Shown here piece after piece: positions 1-8,459 of a DNA stretch of 64,000 bases (the first letter of the stretch is position 1; every line of letters starts with the position of its first letter). The DNA lies in assembly GCA_034925865.1 (NCBI GenBank), contig JAYFRN010000004.1, positions 3,976 through 67,975 on the forward strand, in the 5' to 3' direction. The notes under the pieces are model-generated. The model had not been told where the DNA came from. It did not search any database and saw only the letters and a list, made by a program, of their open reading frames with translations. This DNA is from Oscillospiraceae bacterium (GTDB taxonomy: Bacteria; Bacillota; Clostridia; Oscillospirales; SIG627). Position numbers and translations under genes: made by a program.

Positions 1-1
1 T

Positions 2-529
2 AATCATAAAAAAGTAGTATTTAACAGAATAGCCATTACTGCATTAATTATAATTTCTATTATTTTCGGTTCTATTATGAGTGTTTCAGCTGTCCGCGAA
101 TCATTATGGAAAACAGTAACAAAATGGTATGATAAATATATTGACATATATTTTAATAATTATAGCTATGAATCATCGCCACCGTCAGAGATAGAAATAG
201 TACGAAAGCCAATGAATATATCCGCAGATTGGGAAGAAAACATATTATCTAATGATTCAACCAGTGTTTATATTGAATATTATAAAGACAATGAATTCCT
301 TTTTTCATACCAACAAGGATTAATTCAAGACGGGTCAGTATGGATTAACGGTGAAAATGTAAAGGTAACTGATATACAAATACACGGATGTGAAGCAAAA
401 CTATCTCAAAACAACGATAATCCAGACGATTGTCAAATTATATGGAATGATGGCGAATATTATTATATGATCAGTGGATATACCTTACCTATCGAGCAAA
501 TGATAAAAATTGCGGAAAGTGTTAAATGA
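2..529 (+). CDS. DUF4367-like extracytoplasmic domain protein (anti-sigma-factor-associated type); 5' end lies outside the window
   Basis: The frame is open from nt 2. A hydrophobic helix (AITALIIISIIFGSI) precedes the listed ATG. The C-terminal signature IIWNDGEYYYMISGYTLPIEQMIKIAESV is typical of DUF4367. Confidence 0.5.
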   Translation, partial: NHKKVVFNRIAITALIIISIIFGSIMSVSAVRESLWKTVTKWYDKYIDIYFNNYSYESSPPSEIEIVRKPMNISADWEENILSNDSTSVYIEYYKDNEFLFSYQQGLIQDGSVWINGENVKVTDIQIHGCEAKLSQNNDNPDDCQIIWNDGEYYYMISGYTLPIEQMIKIAESVK

Positions 530-548
530 TACATTTATATAACATATT

Positions 549-577
549 GTGCCAGCTTATAAGAGCTGGCACTTTTG
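549..577 (+). terminator. Intrinsic terminator after the DUF4367-like gene
   Basis: GTGCCAGCT-tataag-AGCTGGCAC forms a 9-bp perfect stem followed by TTTTGT. Confidence 0.7.
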
Positions 578-700
578 TACAACAAACATTGGTAAATTTT
601 TATATAATGCAACAAATATAAGATTTATTGAATTTTTTTCCGACAATTTGTGAGGAAATAACTCATTCAACTGTTATATATTAGAAAGCAAAAGGATGTA

Positions 701-724
701 CGTGCCAAATATATATTTGGCACG
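701..724. promoter_or_regulatory. Perfect 24-nt palindrome immediately upstream of the lipoprotein gene (operator or hairpin)
   Basis: CGTGCCAAATAT|ATATTTGGCACG ends 12 nt before the ATG at 737. Confidence 0.3.
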
Positions 725-736
725 GCAAAAATAAAT

Positions 737-1849
737 ATGAAAAAAATAATCACTTTAGTACTTTTATGCCTATTGTTTTTAACTTCATGTTCGGCTAATA
801 TCACAAGCGGAAGCTCACCCGATACCAGCGGCGCGGATACCGGAAAAGATTCATATTTATATTTGGCGGTGGACGGAGTATTGTATAAATACAATATTCA
901 AACCGGTTACGCCACGCCCGTATGTCAGGATCCGTTATGCCATCACGATTCCGATAAATGCCCTTTTTACGGGATAGTCGATGCTGTGATGCCAGTAGGG
1001 AACAAATTATATTTCGTAAAAGGTAGCCAAATTTGCGTTTACGATACCTCGGACGGGGATTTGAAAACGCTGTACGATACGAACGGTGCCGTGTTTTATC
1101 CCTTTATGGCGGATAAATATATCTATTACAATACTCTTACAACTAAAAAAGAAAACGGAGAGCTTGTAAATAATATCGACCTTTTCAGGTTCAACATTGA
1201 AGATAATTCCTGCATACAGTTAAATAAAGAATTACTTTACGGATTTAATTTTTGTTCTACGATAATAAATGATAAAATATATTGGGATGATATAGGTACT
1301 AACATGTCATATTCCACAAATTTCTCATACGGCAATAAAGTCGAAGGAGCAGATTTAAAATACAGTATACAATCTAAAAACTATGAATACAGACTTGAAG
1401 TAGTTAATAGACAACCAATAAAAGTTAAGCTGATTGTTAAAAAAAAATCCGGCAGTGATGAATATATGATTGCGGATAATGTTGCTTCTTTTAAAGTTAT
1501 GGACGACTGTATACTTTTGTTATATAATACCGATACCCCGAAGCAGGTCGGAACGGCTCTTGATGAGAACGAAAGCGAGACAGCGATTTATGATTATCAA
1601 TGCAACGACATATATATCGCGGACTGCGACGGAGGAAATAAAAAATTGCTTTGCAGTATCTCTGATAATTATGTAATATTCAATATGACAAACAGCGACG
1701 GGGCACTGATACGCTATCCGTATATCGGGATAATGCTTTGGGAATACGAATACGATGAAAAAGGCTATATAGCGGGGAAGGAAATAGCAAAAGATATTAT
1801 CATTCTAAACATAAAAACCGGGGAATATAAAATTACGATATCCGAATGA
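737..1849 (+). CDS. Lipoprotein of unknown function (beta-propeller-like, DUF5050-like impression) with a DPLCxHDSDxCPFYG motif
   Basis: Signal peptide with lipobox LFLTS|C. Y/N/D-rich repeated strand-like segments. Colinear paralogue of 3894..5003. Confidence 0.75.
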   Translation: MKKIITLVLLCLLFLTSCSANITSGSSPDTSGADTGKDSYLYLAVDGVLYKYNIQTGYATPVCQDPLCHHDSDKCPFYGIVDAVMPVGNKLYFVKGSQICVYDTSDGDLKTLYDTNGAVFYPFMADKYIYYNTLTTKKENGELVNNIDLFRFNIEDNSCIQLNKELLYGFNFCSTIINDKIYWDDIGTNMSYSTNFSYGNKVEGADLKYSIQSKNYEYRLEVVNRQPIKVKLIVKKKSGSDEYMIADNVASFKVMDDCILLLYNTDTPKQVGTALDENESETAIYDYQCNDIYIADCDGGNKKLLCSISDNYVIFNMTNSDGALIRYPYIGIMLWEYEYDEKGYIAGKEIAKDIIILNIKTGEYKITISE

Positions 1850-1877
1850 TGTTAAATAACTATACGGGGGAATCGCC

Positions 1878-4800
1878 TTGCTTTTAAAATATGAAATTTT
1901 AAAAATAAGAAAGCTGTCGTTATTCGCTTTTATGGTATGTCTTGCGTTAAATTTCGTAGCGGCGTTCTTCAGCGCTGCCGCGCCTGCCGCCGACGTAAAA
2001 ACCGCCAAGGAATATTATTCGGTGTACGAGCGTTCCCCGGAAGAAATAAACAGTCGTTTTAACGAATACGATTTTTCTCAGGATATCGAATTGCTGCAGG
2101 CAAACCCCGATTATTATTGCATAAAAAACATCATAGACAGGCAGAAATACATATTACAATATGACGATGATATGCGCACCGTGCTGTTCCATGCGAAAGT
2201 CGTGATGTCCGAAGTACCAGAAAATTCATATATGTACCGGTACGAGAGGGAGGTTATAAACAGATATACTAAGCTATATGAAAACAACAAGCTGACAGTA
2301 AGTTATATACGCGGATGGGACGAATATTTTAAATACAGCCTTCAGAATGTATTTATGCTTCTTTCGGTGTTGTTTCTTTCCGTATACCTGTTTGCTGAAG
2401 ACCTGAGTATGCGAAGCATCCTCCGCGATTGCAAACGCAATTCCCGCGCCGTTTGCGCTAAACTTATAGTTCTGCTTGGCGGAACCATGCTGTTCGCTTT
2501 ATTGATAACGTTGACCACACTTGAAGCTTTTCAACTTAAGACGGGGTTCGCAGGCGGAGGGGCTCCTATACAGCAGATAGCAGAATTCGAATACCTGCCG
2601 TACAAATTTACTATTTTCGGCTTTGCCGCAGTACAGACTTTTATCAGAATATTTGGATTATATATTTTTGCGGTTATCGCAGGGATATTGGTTTTACTGA
2701 CACATTCCGCAATTATTTCTTTAATAGCTTCAGTCGGGATTTGCGGGCTGAATATTTTCGCTTTCAATTCGATTGATATATCCGGAACGGAATATACGCA
2801 TTTTTTAAATCTATGGACGTTTTTAGAATCGAAAAGCATATTCTACAGGTTCTTTTCCTATAAGATATTTGAATATGCCGCCGACGGGCTTTTTTGCGTT
2901 TTTGTCATCGGTTTGCTTTTACTGTTTGTCCTTGCAGGTTTAAGCATCTTTTTATATCTCAAACGAACGGCGAGCCGTCTGCGCATATTTAATTTTTCGA
3001 TAAAATCGATAAGAAAAACGCGTATATATAAACAAAGAACCTATCCGCAAAATTTAACGGCATATGAGATTCTAAAATTGTGTACTTACAGAGTCCTTAT
3101 TCCTCTGGTAATTATACTAACGCTTTCAAAGGTTTTTTATACAGGCTATTTATATGATAATTACTATGAAAAAGACGATATTTTTCATTTATATATAGAA
3201 AAGATAGGTGGCGAGATTACCGAGGAAAAAAACCTTTTCATGTTTACGGAACGTCAACGCATTGACGACATACTTACTCAGAAGGACACAATAACTGAAC
3301 AGTATAAAGACGGTGTTATAGAAGAGGAACAATACCGCGGTTATATGCGCGAATACTGGAATGCGTTCGTTTCGGACGACGCTTTTTCGGAAATCGAAGA
3401 CTATTACCGCTGTTTGAAAGCACATGACAACGGCGGCTTTTTGATATACGATAAAGCGTATACGCTCTTCTTCCGCTCTTTTCCGGATTCTATCTTGTGC
3501 CTTGTTATTTTATTAATCACGCTTGTGCTGTTTACGGTAGATGTGACATCCGGAATGGATAATATAACACGAGCAACTCGCAATGGCAGAAATACGATAT
3601 TGAAGCATAAATATATAACTTGCGTCGGGGCGTCGCTGTTATTTATTATTCTGTTTTCCTTAATTGATATCTCATGTTTATATAAATACTACGGTTCCGA
3701 GTCGCTTTCAGCTCCCATAAGCAGCATAAGAACATTTGCAGGAGTAAGCGTCCATATTAATATTATATGGTCTGATTTATTGTTTTTACTGTTCAGATGC
3801 TTGTGCTATATCGTCGCTGCGTGTCTGCTTTCGGTTCCCATACTTTATTTTCAATATAAAAAACATAACTACATAAAGAAAAGAAGGATCGGTATGAAAA
3901 AAGTATTTTCGCTTACTCTTTTATACGTATTGATGATGTCAATATGCTTTTCGTTTATGTCTTGCAGCAGCGAACAAAAGTATATAAAAAGCGGTAATAG
4001 CAACGATTATCTGTATGCCAAGCCTAATGATGTAATATATAAATATAATATTGAAAACGGTTATGCTGTGCCATTATGTGAAGACCCCTTGTGTAAACAT
4101 GATAGCGACAGCTGTCCTTTTTACGGAGCAAGCGATGAAATTTACAAGCATGACGATTATATTATATACTTTAAAGGCAATGAAATAAACAAATATAATA
4201 TTGCCAACGGTAAGGTTGAAACGTTGTTGTCCGCAGAAGGAAAAATATATTATCCTTACATGATAGATGACAGAATATATTACAATGCGGTTAATTTTAA
4301 TTATAAACCCGATGCTGAACACACTTCAATTGTTAATTTATACTATTACGATATGAAAACCTTTCTTTCCGTTAAATTAAACGATTCGGAGCTGTATGAT
4401 ATGCAGCATATCGATGGATTGGAAGACGGAAAGCTATTATGGTATGACGATGGGCTTCAGACAGAATATACTACTGATCTTGAATATAAAAATGTATCCG
4501 ATTATAACGAGGATTACTGCGGTATCGTGGCGGGTGAAGCAAAATATAGACTTGAGGTAACCGGAGTAAAGCCTATGAGTTTTAATTTGTATAATATGTC
4601 TGACGACGGAACGAAAAATATTGCTGTCCGCGATGTTGTATCCGTTAAAGGTTATAATGGTTTTCTGCTTGTGACCCATAACAGAACAGAACCAAAACTT
4701 ATAGGCCAAGAAAAGACTGATGACGGTAAAATACAGGATATTTACGAATACCAGAGTAATAAAATTTATAAATATACTTCTGATGGAAAAAGCAGAGTAT

Positions 4801-5003
4801 TACTGTGTACCTTACCTGACGGATATTATATTTACTCCCTTTCATCTGCAGCAAAAACACTTTACTCCGGGAATTATATAGGTATACTGTTGAAAGGATA
4901 TAATTTCGATTCACAAGGATATGTGACAGGTTACCATGTTCTAAATAATATAGCGATCATTAATATTGAAACCGGAAAATACATTAGCACGGTATCAAAT
5001 TAA
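1878..5003 (+). CDS. Composite membrane ORF: two tandem ABC-2-permease-like modules fused in frame to a lipoprotein paralogue
   Basis: TTG start lies 5 nt after GGGGGAA and is followed by 1041 uninterrupted codons. Aa 1-390 and 391-672 each start with YEILK(I/L), then a TM helix, a ~130-aa loop and a TM bundle. Aa 673-1041 form a complete lipoprotein. Confidence 0.6.
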   Translation: MLLKYEILKIRKLSLFAFMVCLALNFVAAFFSAAAPAADVKTAKEYYSVYERSPEEINSRFNEYDFSQDIELLQANPDYYCIKNIIDRQKYILQYDDDMRTVLFHAKVVMSEVPENSYMYRYEREVINRYTKLYENNKLTVSYIRGWDEYFKYSLQNVFMLLSVLFLSVYLFAEDLSMRSILRDCKRNSRAVCAKLIVLLGGTMLFALLITLTTLEAFQLKTGFAGGGAPIQQIAEFEYLPYKFTIFGFAAVQTFIRIFGLYIFAVIAGILVLLTHSAIISLIASVGICGLNIFAFNSIDISGTEYTHFLNLWTFLESKSIFYRFFSYKIFEYAADGLFCVFVIGLLLLFVLAGLSIFLYLKRTASRLRIFNFSIKSIRKTRIYKQRTYPQNLTAYEILKLCTYRVLIPLVIILTLSKVFYTGYLYDNYYEKDDIFHLYIEKIGGEITEEKNLFMFTERQRIDDILTQKDTITEQYKDGVIEEEQYRGYMREYWNAFVSDDAFSEIEDYYRCLKAHDNGGFLIYDKAYTLFFRSFPDSILCLVILLITLVLFTVDVTSGMDNITRATRNGRNTILKHKYITCVGASLLFIILFSLIDISCLYKYYGSESLSAPISSIRTFAGVSVHINIIWSDLLFLLFRCLCYIVAACLLSVPILYFQYKKHNYIKKRRIGMKKVFSLTLLYVLMMSICFSFMSCSSEQKYIKSGNSNDYLYAKPNDVIYKYNIENGYAVPLCEDPLCKHDSDSCPFYGASDEIYKHDDYIIYFKGNEINKYNIANGKVETLLSAEGKIYYPYMIDDRIYYNAVNFNYKPDAEHTSIVNLYYYDMKTFLSVKLNDSELYDMQHIDGLEDGKLLWYDDGLQTEYTTDLEYKNVSDYNEDYCGIVAGEAKYRLEVTGVKPMSFNLYNMSDDGTKNIAVRDVVSVKGYNGFLLVTHNRTEPKLIGQEKTDDGKIQDIYEYQSNKIYKYTSDGKSRVLLCTLPDGYYIYSLSSAAKTLYSGNYIGILLKGYNFDSQGYVTGYHVLNNIAIINIETGKYISTVSN
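3894..5003 (+). CDS. Alternative internal product: lipoprotein paralogue of 737..1849
   Basis: AAGAAGGA lies 5 nt before the ATG at 3894. The product starts MKKVFSLTLLYVLMMSICFSFMS|C (signal peptide plus Cys) and carries DPLCKHDSDSCPFYG. It is in frame with the upstream ORF and no stop separates them. Confidence 0.4.
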   Translation: MKKVFSLTLLYVLMMSICFSFMSCSSEQKYIKSGNSNDYLYAKPNDVIYKYNIENGYAVPLCEDPLCKHDSDSCPFYGASDEIYKHDDYIIYFKGNEINKYNIANGKVETLLSAEGKIYYPYMIDDRIYYNAVNFNYKPDAEHTSIVNLYYYDMKTFLSVKLNDSELYDMQHIDGLEDGKLLWYDDGLQTEYTTDLEYKNVSDYNEDYCGIVAGEAKYRLEVTGVKPMSFNLYNMSDDGTKNIAVRDVVSVKGYNGFLLVTHNRTEPKLIGQEKTDDGKIQDIYEYQSNKIYKYTSDGKSRVLLCTLPDGYYIYSLSSAAKTLYSGNYIGILLKGYNFDSQGYVTGYHVLNNIAIINIETGKYISTVSN

Positions 5004-5266
5004 AGGATGAAAAAAGATAATGGAATTATATATAAAAGCTCTTTTCGCCGACCGTTATAGCCGCAATCATTTTAAAAGCAAAAACAGATATACTGACGCA
5101 TATTCAAGTACACTCCGATGAATCGATTCGTATAAAGACTCGGTCATCATGCTCGAACATATAAGAACTATAGATAAATTCCGACTACTTGATATGTTGG
5201 TAGACTGGATAAAAAACGTAAAAATAATATATCGGTATTGTTTAGCACGCTATTTTATCTTTCATT

Positions 5267-6589
5267 TCAATCCGTTACGACAGAATCGTATACAGAATAC
5301 AATTCGGAAAAAGTATAAAGTGGTAAATTGATAAGTTTTTCCTCAACACGGTAATCTGACATAGAGGTTCTGATTCCGGTTGGAAGACCGTTTGCCGAAA
5401 TGAAACTCTTCAGACTTTTGGCTTGCAGGTTTTCTTCGGCTTTTACTTCGATCGGCAGAATATGACCGCTGTGCTGAACAAGAAAATCTATCTCGCCCGT
5501 CGAGTTTTCCGCTGACCAGTAATACGGAATCGCACCGACCTCGGCGGCAAGCTGCTGGCAGACATACTGTTCGGTCATTGAACCTTTGAACTCGGTGAAA
5601 ATAGCATTTCCTCGAAGTAGCGTTTTCTCGTCAATGTCAGCCATAGCACCGAGAAGTCCTACATCCACAAGATAGAGTTTAAAGGATGGCAGATCACGGT
5701 AAGCCTTCAGCGGGATTCCGCTTTTAGTGACACGACCGACCTTGTGGCACAGACCGCAGTCGAGAAGCCATTGAATAGCAAGCTCAAAGTCTTTCGCCCG
5801 CGATCCCTCGCGCAGTACACTGTAGATAAATTTTTTGTTTTCCTTAGCAAGCTGTGAAGGAATACCGTCCCACACCATCTGAATACGCGGAACAACAGCT
5901 GGCGGTGCGTGCTTGGAGAAATCCTGTTCATAGTCGGAAATAAGCTGGCACTGTATTGCGCGGACTTCCTTCAGGCCTCCGTTCTCGGCATAGACATATA
6001 CCGCTTCAGGCATACCACCTACATAATAATACAGCTTAAGCAAGTCGACAAACTTGCTTTTAAACGCCGTTATCATTTGAAAATCGCACTCGTGAAGAAG
6101 TTCTAAGAGAATGTTCTCCCCCACGGCACCGAGAAATTCTGTAAAGGTAAGCGGGTACATGTCAAAACTTTCAACTTTCCCGACCGGAAACGATGTTCCT
6201 GAATGGAGCGCAATACCGAGAAGCGAACCGGCAGCGAGGATATAATAGTCGGAGTCATTGTCCTCCGCAAAGTATTTAAGCGAACCGAGCGCTGCGGGAA
6301 CCTCCTGCACCTCGTCAAGAATGATAAGTGTGTTATGAAGTTCAATAGCGACGCCGCTTTCAATGGAAAGGCCGCGTAGAATACGCGGAATATCAAATCC
6401 GCCCTCAAACAGCAGCTTCATGCGCTCGTTTTTATCGAAGTTGATATATGCGGTTTTCTCGAATTCGCATCTTCCGAATTCTTTCATCAACCATGTCTTC
6501 CCGACCTGACGCGCACCGCGGATGATCATCGGCTTACGGTGCTTTTTATTCTTCCAGTCGACAAGCGACTGCATCGCGTTTCTTTTCAT
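5267..6589 (-). CDS. AAA+ ATPase, DUF4143-containing family
   Basis: Walker A GARQVGKT and Walker B LIILDEV. The architecture is typical of AAA_14/DUF4143 ATPases. The start was chosen at ATG (MKRN) 6 nt after AAGAGGTG, not at the upstream GTG. Confidence 0.8.
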   Translation of the reverse strand: MKRNAMQSLVDWKNKKHRKPMIIRGARQVGKTWLMKEFGRCEFEKTAYINFDKNERMKLLFEGGFDIPRILRGLSIESGVAIELHNTLIILDEVQEVPAALGSLKYFAEDNDSDYYILAAGSLLGIALHSGTSFPVGKVESFDMYPLTFTEFLGAVGENILLELLHECDFQMITAFKSKFVDLLKLYYYVGGMPEAVYVYAENGGLKEVRAIQCQLISDYEQDFSKHAPPAVVPRIQMVWDGIPSQLAKENKKFIYSVLREGSRAKDFELAIQWLLDCGLCHKVGRVTKSGIPLKAYRDLPSFKLYLVDVGLLGAMADIDEKTLLRGNAIFTEFKGSMTEQYVCQQLAAEVGAIPYYWSAENSTGEIDFLVQHSGHILPIEVKAEENLQAKSLKSFISANGLPTGIRTSMSDYRVEEKLINLPLYTFSELYSVYDSVVTD

Positions 6590-7055
6590 AGCAAACACCT
6601 CTTTCGCTTATTAGTGTACCCATATTATACTCAACGTAACGCATAATGTCAAGGGAATATGTGTGATCGTAATCAAATTGTCGTCCATAAAAGTGTGATG
6701 CAAAAAAATTTAGAGGTAACAATGCTTGTTGAAAACAAAACCAAAAGCGCAAACTATCTTCGTATCATCGCATTGTTGAAGCATTTGCTCGCAAATGCGT
6801 TGCTTTCGTTCGCCTTTTCAAAATCCGAGTTTGATGCAAATAAAAAGATGCTGTTTTTCTCCCCTGTGGTTGATGCGGATTTATAAATACATTCACTTTA
6901 GTACTTGCAAGTATTATACTGCAGTATAGATAATAATGTTTGATAAAATTAACCCACAGTTAAGTTGTACCTTTTGTTGGATAGCTTCCATTTCGAAATG
7001 CAACCTGCTATACTGTATACAACGGTACCGGAATAATCTAAACGGAGGAATCATA

Positions 7056-8231
7056 ATGGCAGAAACAATGGGACATATAATCAGGCGCTTGCGCAAGGAA
7101 CAAAACTTGACACAGGAAGAACTTGCTGAGCAACTCAACATCTCAGCTCCGGCAATTTCAAAGTGGGAAAACGATACAGGTATGCCAGATATTTCACAGG
7201 TTGTGCCGATTGCCAAAATTTTCGGAGTAAGTACCGATGTACTTTTCGGAACATTCGGCGAAAGCGACGATGACGAGGCAATGAAAATCATCTACAAAGC
7301 ACAGGAGTAGACCTATGAAGACGGACGAAGCACAACGAAACGCTTGTATGAAGGTTATCTTACTGTTCAGGAAGGCTTAAAGCGTTATCCCAACAATATT
7401 TTATTGCTTCTATTCAGCCTTGAACGCAGTATTGCCCTTGCTTATCCAGAAAATGACTGTTATGATGCCGAACACGCGAAAAATATAGCCGAACACGCGA
7501 AAAATATATATGAAGAAAGTATCCGGCAAGCTAATATCGTCATCTCATACGGAAAGAACGCCGCCGATATTTTGCGTGCGCATATGATCATGGTCATACT
7601 CCATTCTGCTTATGAAAATGCCAGCCAAGCTGCGGAACATTCATACCAGTTCCCAAGCAGAGCCGATATGACTGTTTTCAACATGTCGGCGTTTATAGCT
7701 CATTCCGAACATGACTACACCCGCGAAGTCGAGAACAGGCAATATGACTTTGTTTATCATCTTGAGTCAATGCTTGACAATATGGCACTAAGCGGTAGGG
7801 CATTGGTTATGTGCGGTAAATATGCAGACGCAATCATGGTATATACTTCGGCTTTCTCGCTGATAAAATCGGTATTTGGGGATGAAAAGTATATCCCGCC
7901 GGTTCATGAGCGCGAAAGCGGAGATATGTATGTATTGATTGCGAAAGCCTGTATAAAGTCAGGCGATAAAAGCAGCGCGATATTATATCTTAAAAGAATG
8001 GTAAATTACGACTTGGAAACACGAGTTCATTTCACGGACGATATACAGGTCAGAATGCCATTGCTGCATCAGGTGCCTTTTATAACCTATTATAAAAATG
8101 CAACATCGCGTAAAGGTCACTTGGAAATACTTATATCAAAATTACAAGACAGCGCTTTTGACTGCTTGAAGGATGATGAGAAATTGAAAAGATTGATCGA
8201 ACGTGTTTCTGTTGAAATCAACAAGGAATAA
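7056..8231 (+). pseudogene. HTH-XRE + TPR-like (RNPP-like architecture) regulator interrupted by an in-frame TAG at 7308-7310
   Basis: GGAGGA lies 6 nt before the ATG at 7056. The HTH reads IRRLRKEQNLTQEELAEQLNISAPAISKWEN. The 295-aa helical-repeat ORF (7344..8231) is in the same frame, and only one stop separates the two. Confidence 0.6.
7467..7508 (+). repeat. Perfect 21-bp tandem duplication (2 copies) inside the TPR-like part
   Basis: GCCGAACACGCGAAAAATATA occurs twice in tandem, giving AEHAKNI-AEHAKNI. Confidence 0.95.
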
Positions 8232-8270
8232 TAGATCAAAGAAGCTATTTTACATTGGCTTTTACTTATG

Positions 8271-8412
8271 TGGAGAATATAATAGCCAGATTCATTGTCC
8301 TCCCGCAAAGCATTTCAGCGAACCGAACACTGCGGGAACCTTTTGTACCTCGTCAAGAATGATAAGTGTGTTATGAGGTTCAATGGCAACGACGTTTTCA
8401 ATGGAAAAGCAT
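8271..8412 (-). pseudogene. Remnant of a second DUF4143-type AAA ATPase gene
   Basis: Colinear with 6243..6372 of the intact gene, including an identical 30-nt block (8347-8376 = 6308-6337). A 1-nt insertion (cctccc vs cctcc) breaks the frame. No 5' or 3' gene parts are present. Confidence 0.7.
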
Positions 8413-8459
8413 ACCATAAGGAATTGAAAATAGCCAGAGAGAATCATGGGCTCTGATAA

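Noticed and set aside
566-580. Sigma-54 promoter suggested by TGGCAC
   Set aside because: The -12 element (TTGC) is missing at the required 5-nt spacing after either TGGCAC copy (567-572 and 718-723). The TGGCAC is simply the 3' arm of each hairpin.
1439-1447. A9 homopolymer inside the lipoprotein gene as a phase-variation switch
   Set aside because: Runs of 8-9 A occur repeatedly in this AT-rich sequence (for example 17356-17363 and 23887-23894) within otherwise intact genes. There is no evidence of frame variation.
5004-5266. Possible gene remnant between the composite membrane ORF and the AAA ATPase
   Set aside because: No frame on either strand gives a convincing protein-like translation or similarity to anything else in the window.
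7308-7310. TAG decoded as pyrrolysine
   Set aside because: No pyl genes are in the window, and the gene is not a methylamine methyltransferase. A nonsense mutation is the simpler explanation.
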